Assembly (NCBI GenBank): GCA_014729085.1
Contig: WJKM01000023.1
Coordinates: 13,648 to 77,647 of the forward strand
DNA: 64,000 bases
Direction: 5' to 3'
From: Candidatus Dojkabacteria bacterium
GTDB lineage: Bacteria > Patescibacteriota > Dojkabacteria > B142 > WJKM01
Position 1 is the stretch's first letter. Every line of letters begins with the position of its first letter. Positions 28,380 to 37,835 of the stretch are shown one piece after another. The notes under the pieces were generated by a model that searched no databases, was not told where the DNA came from, and worked only from the letters and a program-made list of their open reading frames with translations. The position numbers and the translations under genes were made by a program.

Positions 28380-29735
28380 ATGGCAAAAAAATCCAAAGTT
28401 AAGAAACTTACGAAATGGGAGCAATTTTATACGAAAATGATACTTCCTAAATTATACTTGCTAGCTTTCGGAGTATTGACTATTATTGGCCTCGAATTTG
28501 TGTTTTTATTCGTTCCTGACGATGCATCAACTGCTCCAGCTGATACACAAGATCAATCGGTATACCAATTTGTAAGTGAAGAAGTAGACCTAAATGCAAT
28601 AAAAACTATACAGCCTGTAGCAGTTAAGCAAACTGTATTTAGCTCAAAATCAAATGATGGATACTGGAGAATTTCACCCATGGGACTTTATGATGTAAAC
28701 GGATCTTCCCTATCTATTTATGAACACAAATATATTCAAATAAATAACCCCTATGCTTTTCCACTTAGCAGACAAATTATTAACACTTTAACTAAACCAA
28801 CTTTCATTTATAAAGATAGTGTTTCGATGTGGGATAGCTTAAAAAATCATAAGGGGAAAAAAGGTTCATGGGAATGCTCTAAATATGGCAGTCAAAAAAT
28901 TCTACCTTTTGAAATTAATGCAATAAATGGCTGGGCTCAGACTCCAATATATAATAAAGGTAAACAACTTATTAGATATAAACAATCAGTTATAACAGGA
29001 GAGGCTACTAATGCTTATTGGAGATTTAGCTCCGGTATTGGTTACCCCCATCATGTAGATAATATAAATAGAGAATTGTATTGGGGAGGGAAGGCTTCCG
29101 GTCCATCAGTAGAGAATGTTACATGGGATCCATGCGGATGGGACAGTCCAAAGAATCACCCAAGTTGGCCTTCAATATCAGATTCACTAGGTCTTAACGT
29201 AGGTGACAAAATCCATGGGTTTACAGAATATGTAGAATACATTAATGGAGAACCAGATCATTATGTTCAAGAAGCAATAGTTAGTCACAATACAGCTAAT
29301 CCAGGTACTCCAACAGCATACATTTTAAAACAAAGAAAAACAAACGGTCTTGGGGATTTAGAATCTGGTGAACAGATTAGCTGGGAAAATAATGGACGTT
29401 TTACTAATGTTGGAGATAGATATACCGCAGGAATTACCGACAATTCAATCCCAAATGAATCATTTATCTATAACGTACAGGGCTATTCGGTTGTCAATTA
29501 TTTCACATGCGACCAAAACAATAATAACTGTAAGCCAAAAGGTAATGTCAGATATATTATTGGTAAAAAAGGAGAAACCTGGGGTGTATTTTATAGCTAT
29601 CAAACAGACTCTAATTATTGGACTTCCTGGACATTGGATAAGGAATTAACAAGTCAATTACCAGAAACTCAAATGGATGCTGGAGAAGGATTAAAAAATA
29701 TTAAAGCCATTGATATAACAACTTTTTATCACTAG
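28380..29735 (+). CDS. Hypothetical secreted/membrane-anchored protein
   Basis: 451 aa; N-terminal TM (LYLLAFGVLTIIGLEFVFLFV), Trp/Tyr/Asn-rich ectodomain; no motif recognised. Confidence 0.45.
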   Translation: MAKKSKVKKLTKWEQFYTKMILPKLYLLAFGVLTIIGLEFVFLFVPDDASTAPADTQDQSVYQFVSEEVDLNAIKTIQPVAVKQTVFSSKSNDGYWRISPMGLYDVNGSSLSIYEHKYIQINNPYAFPLSRQIINTLTKPTFIYKDSVSMWDSLKNHKGKKGSWECSKYGSQKILPFEINAINGWAQTPIYNKGKQLIRYKQSVITGEATNAYWRFSSGIGYPHHVDNINRELYWGGKASGPSVENVTWDPCGWDSPKNHPSWPSISDSLGLNVGDKIHGFTEYVEYINGEPDHYVQEAIVSHNTANPGTPTAYILKQRKTNGLGDLESGEQISWENNGRFTNVGDRYTAGITDNSIPNESFIYNVQGYSVVNYFTCDQNNNNCKPKGNVRYIIGKKGETWGVFYSYQTDSNYWTSWTLDKELTSQLPETQMDAGEGLKNIKAIDITTFYH

Positions 29736-29750
29736 AATTTATCACCGAGC

Positions 29751-29783
29751 AAAGCCTTAGTCTTACGAACTAAGGCTTTTTTG
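29751..29783. terminator. Bidirectional Rho-independent terminator between convergent genes
   Basis: aaagccttag-tcttacgaa-ctaaggcttt: 10-bp stem, then tttt on the + strand; an A run precedes it for the - strand. Confidence 0.6.
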
Positions 29784-29793
29784 TTCTTCAATC

Positions 29794-30429
29794 TCATTTT
29801 TGTAAATAAAAATTCATCCATCTAGTCGGCTGTCCTCTCTTCTTTCCAGTAAAATTCCTCCATAATTTCACTATCTTAAAATTATGTTTTTTAAATTTGT
29901 TTTTTATTGCTTGTTCTGACCATAAATATTCCTTATGTTCTCGTTCAACCCCGTACTTATTTCTCAAACCAGTTGAAATCAAATTTTCTCCCTCCTTAAA
30001 GCAGATATAAATCATGCCATTGTCTTTGGTTACTGAAGTAATGCCCTCAAGTACCAAGTCAACTGATTCATGAGGAATAAAGAGAACAGATGCACATGCC
30101 CATACACCATCAAATATATTTGTTTCGAAATTTGTCTTAATGTCTAACATATCCATAACTTCAAATTTTGGATTCTTTCGATCATCAAGCATTGAATTGG
30201 CTGTTTTTATCATTTCCTTTGAGAAATCTATTCCTATAGCTTCAAATCCCAAATCTGCAAATTTATAGGCATCATGGCCAGGTCCGCATCCAATATCAAT
30301 TACCTTATTTCCATTTAATAACTTTGCAAATTCTTCGAGCTTGTCATGCATCTTGGGATTATTAAAGTTTTCCTCCGTGTAATGCTTAACAAAGTCTGGA
30401 TCTTCGTATTCCTTTTTTATGATATTCAT
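29794..30429 (-). CDS. Class I SAM-dependent methyltransferase
   Basis: Motif I VIDIGCGPGHDAYKFADLGFEAIGIDFSKEMI; Rossmann-fold MTase size (211 aa). Confidence 0.75.
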   Translation of the reverse strand: MNIIKKEYEDPDFVKHYTEENFNNPKMHDKLEEFAKLLNGNKVIDIGCGPGHDAYKFADLGFEAIGIDFSKEMIKTANSMLDDRKNPKFEVMDMLDIKTNFETNIFDGVWACASVLFIPHESVDLVLEGITSVTKDNGMIYICFKEGENLISTGLRNKYGVEREHKEYLWSEQAIKNKFKKHNFKIVKLWRNFTGKKRGQPTRWMNFYLQK

Positions 30430-30441
30430 TATATTCCTGAA

Positions 30442-30864
30442 TTAATTAATCTGAAATTTCTTTCCTTTTTTTGCAAAATTTTTACTTTCATCTATGACAT
30501 CAATTTCTAAACTATAAATTTCTCTATCCTTTGTTATTACATAATGTAGATACTTTATATCATTCTTCAAAGCTCTTTTTAAATACTTACTCATAAAATG
30601 CATCTGGACACAATGAGGAGAACCGTCTACAGTTAAAAAAGCAACTCGCTTAGTATTTCCTGTAGCAAGAATATCTATTAGCTTTGCAAAAATCTTATTG
30701 TAATGAGTTTTTTCAAGACATGCCGTACAAACGTTCTGAAATTTATTTTGAAAATCATTTAAAACAGCAGGATAGATTCTAGGAACACAACTTCCTATAA
30801 GCAAAAATTTATTCTCAAAAAAAGGATCATATATATTCATTTCCAGAATTTCTGGTAGTTCCAT
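30442..30864 (-). CDS. Hypothetical Cys-containing small protein (C26, C46, C49, C85)
   Basis: 140 aa with GSCVP...VCTACLEK...DGSPHCVQMH; tightly packed between the lyase and MTase genes. Confidence 0.35.
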   Translation of the reverse strand: MELPEILEMNIYDPFFENKFLLIGSCVPRIYPAVLNDFQNKFQNVCTACLEKTHYNKIFAKLIDILATGNTKRVAFLTVDGSPHCVQMHFMSKYLKRALKNDIKYLHYVITKDREIYSLEIDVIDESKNFAKKGKKFQIN

Positions 30865-30887
30865 TTCACATTTTATAAATATATTAT

Positions 30888-32384
30888 CTAGTGTAACTCA
30901 AACCTTGCCTTAAAGTGTCTAAGAGGTAAGTCTCTACCATAAGCAACCTTTACTTTGGGTAGTAACTCTCTATTTTCATATAAATTCTTAACTGCTTCAG
31001 CTGTTGATTCCAGATCCTGTCTTTCGTATCGGAGCCTTGGTACTGCAAATCTTACGAAATTCACCTCTGGATGTTTTTCTTTTTTTGTTTTTGGATCGTA
31101 TTGCCCAAAAGCAAAATATCCAAGTTCACAAGCTCTATGTCCATATAAACCAAGTAATGCTGCAGTAAAGGAGATACCGCCAAAATCATTTGGTTTCATG
31201 TTTGTCCCCTCAAAAAATTTGTTAACATCCATATAAACAGCATGTCCTCCAAAAGGTGTAACCATAGGAATTCCAAAGTCAACTAATTTTTCCCCAAGCT
31301 CTCTAACCTGCCTAATTCTATGATCTAGGTATTTCTGTTGTATAATTGTACCCAATCCGGTTACAAGAGTCATAATATCCCGCCCAGACAGCCCTCCATA
31401 GGTTGGATGTCCTTCCTTAATAATTTGATGATTCATTAGAGCATCTGGAATCTCAGGATAATTTTTTATAAATAACCCTCCTGCTCTCAAAAACAAACCT
31501 CCTCCCATATTTACAAGTCCATCTTTTTTAAAACTTATTGTAAATCCATCAACATAGGAAAACATTTCTTTTACAATTTTTGATATTGATTTTGACTTAT
31601 ATCCTTTTTCAAACTTCTTAATAAACCATGCATTTTCTGCAAATCTGCAAGCATCAAAAAACAATGGAATCTTATGATCTTTTGCTATTGAAGACACTTG
31701 TTTAATATTTTCCATGGAAACAGGCTGCCCTCCTCCTGTGTTATTAGTAATCGTAATGTAAATCAAAGGAATATTATTCTTTGATTTTTTTAACAAATCT
31801 TTCAACTTCTTTATGTTCATATTCCCTTTAAAGTGAGATTCTGAATCATCCGATTTGAATTCTTCAGAAAATAAATTCAGAGGTTTGATTTTATTTGCAT
31901 GGATATTTGCCTCGGTAGTATCGAAATGCCCATTACTTGGAATTATCAATTTCTTTCCAGTTTTACCTAACATTGAAAACAATGCATCCTCACAGGGTCT
32001 GCCTTGATGAAAAATGAATGCATTGGGTTTTCCAAGCGCTGGTTCGTTAAAAAATTCATTTCCAAAAACTTCTCTAATTTTTTCCATCAAAAGAAAATAT
32101 CCTTTATTTGAACCATATGATTCATCGCCTAAATGAAGAGCTGCCCACTGCTTGTTTGTCATTGTAGTTGTACCAGAGTCTGAAAGGAAATCACATCCCG
32201 TAATCATGCCTGCTGGAAAAAAGAAAACGTTGTATCCTACTTCTTTTAATACCTCCAATCGCTTTTCTGCAGAATTCCTTTCTTTAAATTCAACTGAATG
32301 ATTAAAATAAGGCCTTGGAAGCGTATGTAAACTATCCTCGGAAGGCAGTTTTTTTGCTATTTTAGCTAAAGTCATAGGAAACAA
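30888..32384 (-). CDS. Beta-eliminating lyase family (tryptophanase / tyrosine phenol-lyase), PLP-dependent
   Basis: 498 aa; PLP-lysine region SFKKDGLVNMGGG matches tryptophanase/TPL (SAKKDxxVxxGG); N-terminal YRRPYFNH-like region and overall length fit. Confidence 0.75.
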   Translation of the reverse strand: MFPMTLAKIAKKLPSEDSLHTLPRPYFNHSVEFKERNSAEKRLEVLKEVGYNVFFFPAGMITGCDFLSDSGTTTMTNKQWAALHLGDESYGSNKGYFLLMEKIREVFGNEFFNEPALGKPNAFIFHQGRPCEDALFSMLGKTGKKLIIPSNGHFDTTEANIHANKIKPLNLFSEEFKSDDSESHFKGNMNIKKLKDLLKKSKNNIPLIYITITNNTGGGQPVSMENIKQVSSIAKDHKIPLFFDACRFAENAWFIKKFEKGYKSKSISKIVKEMFSYVDGFTISFKKDGLVNMGGGLFLRAGGLFIKNYPEIPDALMNHQIIKEGHPTYGGLSGRDIMTLVTGLGTIIQQKYLDHRIRQVRELGEKLVDFGIPMVTPFGGHAVYMDVNKFFEGTNMKPNDFGGISFTAALLGLYGHRACELGYFAFGQYDPKTKKEKHPEVNFVRFAVPRLRYERQDLESTAEAVKNLYENRELLPKVKVAYGRDLPLRHFKARFELH

Positions 32385-32412
32385 GCTAAAAGATAAAATA
32401 CTTTAAATCAAG

Positions 32413-33324
32413 CTATTCCAAAAATTTGAGAGAATTCAATACCTTATCTAATATCTTTTCTTGTTCATCTGCACTTATATAATCTGATTCCTCTGTCCAT
32501 AAACCTCCACCTCCAGATAAAGATTCTCTTTCAACGATCAAATTGCTTTCTAAGTTTGATGGACAATAATAATAAACTCCTTGCCCTTCCGCTCCTTCAT
32601 AGTAAACTGTACCTTCAATATTAGTATACTCAAACATATTACCCATTACTCCAGCTTCTTTCACTCTTGAACAATCTCCATTAGTGTCCTCTTTTAAAAA
32701 TCTTATTACAATATCGTTTGCAGGAGATTTACTTCCGTCTTTCATACTTTCGATTTTATAATTCTCTAAAGTATGAATTAAAGACATTTTATTATCATTT
32801 TCTGTAACTTTAAAAATATTAGCCGGATATTCAAAACTTATTCCAATATCTTTACTTTGATAGGCTTCCCAATCATAGGTATCAGCACTATCTGATGTAT
32901 CTCCCTTCTCACATTCGCCCTCATAGAACGCCCATTCTTCACATTCAGAACCATCATCAAAAACACAAACTCCATAAGAACCGTCTCCTTTATATATGAT
33001 TTCTAGAGTTCCTCCATTTTCTTTACAATATACAGAAGCCGGATTAGCAATTTCCATATCTTCAGATTCTCCATTATTTTCGTTATTAGAGTCATCTTGA
33101 TCCTGTTCTGATTGTTCATTATTATCTATCTCTTCAGTGAAAACTTTTCCATTTAGAGAACACTGTCTGGGATAGGACTCCATTACAGGATTCCCAGCTG
33201 CCATACAGTCCTCAAAAGAATCAATTTCAGTTTTAGAAAAATTCGAATAAACAGTATAACCAGCGAATCCAACTAGAATCATTACTAATAGAACGGTCAA
33301 TATAGGTACAATATTTTTCTTCAT
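32413..33324 (-). CDS. Membrane-anchored secreted protein with DUF333 (putative hemolysin-like) domain
   Basis: N-terminal TM; acidic linker; DUF333 motif NPASVYCKENGGTLEI...DGSYGVCVFDDGSECEEWAFYEGEC. Confidence 0.5.
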   Translation of the reverse strand: MKKNIVPILTVLLVMILVGFAGYTVYSNFSKTEIDSFEDCMAAGNPVMESYPRQCSLNGKVFTEEIDNNEQSEQDQDDSNNENNGESEDMEIANPASVYCKENGGTLEIIYKGDGSYGVCVFDDGSECEEWAFYEGECEKGDTSDSADTYDWEAYQSKDIGISFEYPANIFKVTENDNKMSLIHTLENYKIESMKDGSKSPANDIVIRFLKEDTNGDCSRVKEAGVMGNMFEYTNIEGTVYYEGAEGQGVYYYCPSNLESNLIVERESLSGGGGLWTEESDYISADEQEKILDKVLNSLKFLE

Positions 33325-33341
33325 GTTTTTTAATTAATAAA

Positions 33342-34049
33342 TTATTTTTTTATATGAAAATATTCATATCGAAAAAAATCCCAAGCTCTTAATTTTTCCC
33401 ACACATTAGACTCGCCTTGAAATTGGGAATTATGAGCTTTTAATGCTTTTAATTTCTTTATTATATTGGAAATCGACAATTTTAGCATTATATTAGGCTT
33501 TATCGGTGAAATCTGCTCAGGATTATCTGCCATTCTTAAAGCACCTTCTGATACTTTAAACTGATCTGAGACAGTAGAATATATTAATTGAAACTTTTTT
33601 TGTTCTTTATGTATGTCAGTTACAACCCTGCTTACCCCAATATGATCAGGGTGCCCATAAATACCATCCGGTTCTAAAGTTAGAACAAAATCTGGTTTAA
33701 TATTCTGCAATAAATTTCCGATAAAACTTTTAATTTTTTCTATATTTTCTTGAACCTCGCCATCTGGAAAATTTCCAAGAATATACTCATTTATCCCTAA
33801 ATATTCGAGAGCATTTCCAAGTTCTTCAACCCTAATTTTTCCTAATTTTTCAGGAGGAACGTTCTTCAAGTTTTTGTTTCCTCTTTCTCCCTTTGTTATA
33901 GATGCAATACCCACACTTGCGCCAATTTCGACAGCTTTATTTAAAAAACCGCCTGAAAATACTGTCTCATCATCTGGGTGGGGAAATATTCCAAGTACTC
34001 TAGAATCTTGTTTAACTCCGATATTTTCAAGTTTTTTAGTTTTTTTCAT
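33342..34049 (-). CDS. PIG-L/LmbE family N-acetylglucosaminyl deacetylase
   Basis: VLGIFPHPDDETVFSGG (HPDDE zinc motif) and HPDHI downstream. Start moved to the internal Met (MKKTKK) to limit overlap with the Nudix gene. Confidence 0.7.
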   Translation of the reverse strand: MKKTKKLENIGVKQDSRVLGIFPHPDDETVFSGGFLNKAVEIGASVGIASITKGERGNKNLKNVPPEKLGKIRVEELGNALEYLGINEYILGNFPDGEVQENIEKIKSFIGNLLQNIKPDFVLTLEPDGIYGHPDHIGVSRVVTDIHKEQKKFQLIYSTVSDQFKVSEGALRMADNPEQISPIKPNIMLKLSISNIIKKLKALKAHNSQFQGESNVWEKLRAWDFFRYEYFHIKK

Positions 34050-34545
34050 CAATAAATTCCAAATATTTACTAAATGATATCTTAAATCCATCTGTATATT
34101 GAAGTTTTTCTTTTTTTAACTCTGTGGTAATCTCTTCTATAGTCTTAAACTCAATTTTCTCAATTTCCTTTTCGTCTGATTTAAAAGGACCGTCAGAAAA
34201 TGCAACAAACAATGTTCTTATTTCTCTCTGCCTTTTAGAGAATGACTTATATTTACAAATCTTTTCAAATTTTAACCCCCTAATTCCTAATTCTTCAAAT
34301 AATTCTCTATGCGCTGCCTTTTCATAAGTTTCACCAGAAGAAACCTGGGCACCAACTGATGCATCATAAAATAACGGCCTATCCTTCTTGCCTCTTGATC
34401 TTTGCTGGATTAGAATCATTCTATCTGAATTGACTTAAAAACATGAATCCCTCTGTGAATCTGATGCCTTTTATGCACAGATTCACGGGTTCCATTTCCA
34501 ATAATTTGGTCCTCTTCATTTACAATATCTAACATTTCCTCCATT
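34036..34545 (-). pseudogene. Nudix hydrolase interrupted by a frameshift (or sequencing error) near 34415-34435
   Basis: Minus-strand translation from ATG 34545: MEEMLDIVNEEDQIIGNGTRESVHKRHQIHRGIHVFKSIQIE then TGA. The Nudix body continues in another frame (MILIQQRSRGKKDRPLFYDASVGAQVSSGETYEKAAHRELFEELGI, the Nudix box); that frame has a TAA 5 codons upstream of its ATG. Confidence 0.5.
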
Positions 34546-34570
34546 ATTTGATACTGGAGTTAAAACTTAA

Positions 34571-35209
34571 TTACAACAATTTGCGTATCTCATCCAGCCT
34601 GTGAATAGTTTTATAGGCATACTTGTTTAATTCCTGGCATCCTTTATTTATGCTGTAGTCAAAAAAACTAAACAATCTAATGTCATTTTCTCCATCCCCA
34701 ACGGCTAAACATTGATCTTTTGAAAAGCCATAGTTTTTTATGTATTCTTTTGCCTGCTCTAATTTTTTCTCTGCTTGATCTACTGTGTAATCAATATCTA
34801 ATAATTTCCCCTTATCATTAAAAACTAAGGAAGCATTTGCATACCAGTCTTTTATCCCAAGCTTAAGAGCCACCTCTTCTATATACAATTCGATAGATCC
34901 TGAGATCAAGCAAATCTGGTATTTCTTATTCAAATAACTAATCAAATCTTTTACTTCTTGATCAAATTTCCAGTTCTTAAATATCTTAATAAAATATTTT
35001 CTGTCAGCGTTGCCCGAACTTTTCCAATAGTATACAAGCTTGCTTTTTGCTTCTTCCAGAGAATATTCCCCTTCTTTCATTTTTTCAAAAATTTCCAGAT
35101 GTTTCTGTGGAGATAAATCTAGCTCCTGATTAATCCTTGTCCAGGAATTGAAATCAGTCAGCGTGCCGTCTACATCAAAAATGATTGTTTGTATTTTATT
35201 CTTTAGCAT
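34571..35209 (-). CDS. HAD-superfamily hydrolase (phosphatase, subfamily IB-like)
   Basis: Motif I IIFDVDGTLTD; motif IV AVGDGENDIRL. Confidence 0.75.
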   Translation of the reverse strand: MLKNKIQTIIFDVDGTLTDFNSWTRINQELDLSPQKHLEIFEKMKEGEYSLEEAKSKLVYYWKSSGNADRKYFIKIFKNWKFDQEVKDLISYLNKKYQICLISGSIELYIEEVALKLGIKDWYANASLVFNDKGKLLDIDYTVDQAEKKLEQAKEYIKNYGFSKDQCLAVGDGENDIRLFSFFDYSINKGCQELNKYAYKTIHRLDEIRKLL

Positions 35210-35268
35210 ACTGATTAAGTCAACATATCCCCTCCTAACCTAGGAAGGAAACTATGGTGTTTAGCGAT

Positions 35269-35778
35269 TTACCATTTATTCTCATGTACTTTTTCTGGAT
35301 CGAATCTATCGTCTTTTCCCTTTTCTTCGTCTGGATATCCAACAGGTATTAAAGCAAACGGAATAATATCTTCTGGAATATCACAAAGCTTACGAAATCC
35401 CTGCATTCTGTCTTCCCATGGGTAAGATGCCGTCCAAACAGCACCAAGCCCAAGCTCCCAAGCTGCTAGTAGTATATTTTGACATGCGGCAGAACAGTCC
35501 TGAGGCCAAAGATCTGGATATCTTGATTCACCTGGATTTCCACAAACTAAAATCGCCGCAGGAGCATTTTTTGCCATTTGTGCATATTTACTAAATTCAG
35601 GCACCTGATTTAGCAGTTCTTTATCTCTAATTACTATAAATTCCCATGGCTGGCCGTTACCTGCACTCGGAGCCTGCATTGCAGCTTTTAGGGTTTTTTC
35701 GATATCCTCATTTGAGACCATTTTGTCTTTGTACTTTCTAATACTTCTGCGGGTATGAATTGTCTGCAGCGTATCCAT
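35269..35778 (-). CDS. Nitroreductase family protein (FMN-dependent)
   Basis: TRRSIRKY...APSAGNGQPWEFIVI, nitroreductase-fold signature. Confidence 0.8.
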   Translation of the reverse strand: MDTLQTIHTRRSIRKYKDKMVSNEDIEKTLKAAMQAPSAGNGQPWEFIVIRDKELLNQVPEFSKYAQMAKNAPAAILVCGNPGESRYPDLWPQDCSAACQNILLAAWELGLGAVWTASYPWEDRMQGFRKLCDIPEDIIPFALIPVGYPDEEKGKDDRFDPEKVHENKW

Positions 35779-35897
35779 AAAATTAATATAATATATTAAG
35801 TATTTTAATTATAATAAAAGATGGATAAAATAAGTACTAATTGACAGTAAAGATATTTTAGGTATATAATATCCTATAATATTATTAAGGTGTCATT

Positions 35898-36137
35898 ATG
35901 GAAGAATTAAATATATATACAGCAGAACAAGCTAGAGCCCTTAAAGCCCAGGGTAGATGGAACCCTCGAACCGATATGGTTTCTGGGAACACTGTAATTC
36001 CGCCACAGAGGCCTACTATGTGTGCGGGGTTTGATGGTGGAACACCTAGACCATTAGAAGCCAATATTTATCCAACCGGAGCACAATATGTACAAGAACC
36101 TACTGGAGGACCAATTACACCAATTATTCAAGGATAA
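35898..36137 (+). CDS. Small hypothetical protein (79 aa) with atypical Gly/Pro/Thr-rich, GC-richer composition; own RBS and terminator
   Basis: RBS aAGGTGtcattATG; product MEELNIYTAEQARALKAQGRWNPRTDMVSGNTVIPPQRPTMCAGFDGGTPRPLEANIYPTGAQYVQEPTGGPITPIIQG; clearly higher GC than flanks. Confidence 0.4.
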   Translation: MEELNIYTAEQARALKAQGRWNPRTDMVSGNTVIPPQRPTMCAGFDGGTPRPLEANIYPTGAQYVQEPTGGPITPIIQG

Positions 36138-36142
36138 ATTTC

Positions 36143-37834
36143 TTAAGCCTCAAGCTTTTTAATAAATTCAATCCGCCTCAAAAAGTATGGGGCGGATTTT
36201 AACATTACCACACCAATAAAAATTGAAGAAAATAGAAATAGAAGCACCTGACCTATCTGCATATTTTCAATAAAACCTGAATAAACCAAAGCTCCTAAAC
36301 CCCCATATAATATCGAAATGAAGGTAAACAAAAGCCCAGGAATGGAGGTACTTAAAGCTTCTGCATCGTCGGAGTCAAAACTTGGGAAAATAATACCCAG
36401 AAATATCCCCAAAATACTTACTGCTATTATCTGAGTTATAAAAATCAGTCCGAATACATAAGAGTTCAGTAAACTCATATCAAAAGCTACTGCATTAAAA
36501 ATGGTTATAACCAATCCTAGTAGAATAAAAAAACTCCCATATGAAAACAACTTGGCATATAGAACATTTTGAAGCTTAATGGGAACTGTCCCTAAAATCC
36601 AGGCCGTACGCCTTTCTGTACTAAAAGAAGGCAAAAGAAACCGTAGAACTAAAGCTGTAATAAAATAAACACCCATTGCAATTTCGTAAACATACACTTT
36701 GCTTGGAAGATTTGAAGCTGAAGCACCGTAACTAGAAAGACTCCTAACAGCCACCACTATAATTCCATTCAGTACAATCCAAGTTCCGACAATAATAAGT
36801 AGCCATACAAAATCCTTCATATTTCTTTTCAAAACAATAAACTCTTTTTCTAAAAGAGCACCAGTCTGAGACTTAAAAAATCTAGGAAGAATTTGAGGTA
36901 TCCTTCTGGTGATTTTGTTTTTTATACCTACTCTTGCCACAAAGCTTCCATCCTGTAAAACCTGCCAAATTTCGAAAAACCATTTTGATACCACATGGAA
37001 AATAAGTATTAATGTAATAAGTATTCCCAACTGTAAAAACTGGTAATAAAACATCAATCTTGAACTATCGAGAATAGTATTAAAAACAAACATAGCGGTT
37101 GGATGTGACGGAAATACACCAAATGTCTTAACTACTATTTCCACTGTTGCACTTGTGTCAAATCCCCAAAATTCAAAATAATTTGAAGGTACGATTTGTT
37201 TCCACGTAAATACAGTAAATGCAAAGATAAGAGAGAGACATAAGATTGTTAAAGTTTTCAAATTCAACAATTTAATATTCTTAGAAGATACAGCTAATAA
37301 AAACTTACCGCATATTAATAATACAGTCATACTGACAATTACTGCTATTATCATTAAAACTGTTAAATTAAATATTAAAAAGAAAATTTGTAAATAACTT
37401 AAATCGAAAACTTTATTTAAACCAATAACTACAGGCACCACCAAAGCTAAATGAGGAATGAGTGATGCTAAAACTGTCTTTATAAGATAATAACCCGGAA
37501 TGACTTTAAAATTTGGACTGGATACAAACAAATTATCTTTATTTTTACGGAAAAGAGAAAATAAAAGAAAAAATATCGAACTTGCAACAATAAAGAAAAA
37601 AAGTACGGTGAAATAATTTTCAAAAATAAATAGATAAAAACCAATATTCAAGTTTTCATATCCCTGCAAATTAACAAAAATATTTTTGGTAACCAAATAA
37701 ATAACAATTCCTACTCCAAAGATCAAGATTAAAAATAAAAATATAGTAATCAGTTTTGCAATTCCACGCGATCTAAAGTATCTTTTTACCGACTTGAATT
37801 GATATTTGAAGATCTCAAATATAATTAAATCCAT
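36143..37834 (-). CDS. ABC transporter permease (ABC-2 type, polytopic)
   Basis: 563 aa, about 12 TM helices; 1 nt downstream of the ABC ATPase gene (37836..38558), so translationally coupled. Confidence 0.55.
   Translation of the reverse strand: MDLIIFEIFKYQFKSVKRYFRSRGIAKLITIFLFLILIFGVGIVIYLVTKNIFVNLQGYENLNIGFYLFIFENYFTVLFFFIVASSIFFLLFSLFRKNKDNLFVSSPNFKVIPGYYLIKTVLASLIPHLALVVPVVIGLNKVFDLSYLQIFFLIFNLTVLMIIAVIVSMTVLLICGKFLLAVSSKNIKLLNLKTLTILCLSLIFAFTVFTWKQIVPSNYFEFWGFDTSATVEIVVKTFGVFPSHPTAMFVFNTILDSSRLMFYYQFLQLGILITLILIFHVVSKWFFEIWQVLQDGSFVARVGIKNKITRRIPQILPRFFKSQTGALLEKEFIVLKRNMKDFVWLLIIVGTWIVLNGIIVVAVRSLSSYGASASNLPSKVYVYEIAMGVYFITALVLRFLLPSFSTERRTAWILGTVPIKLQNVLYAKLFSYGSFFILLGLVITIFNAVAFDMSLLNSYVFGLIFITQIIAVSILGIFLGIIFPSFDSDDAEALSTSIPGLLFTFISILYGGLGALVYSGFIENMQIGQVLLFLFSSIFIGVVMLKSAPYFLRRIEFIKKLEA
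36172..36199 (+). terminator. Rho-independent terminator for the small + strand ORF (overlaps the 3' end of the convergent permease CDS)
   Basis: aatccgcc-tcaaaaagtatgg-ggcggatt followed by tttt. Confidence 0.45.
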
Positions 37835-37835
37835 A

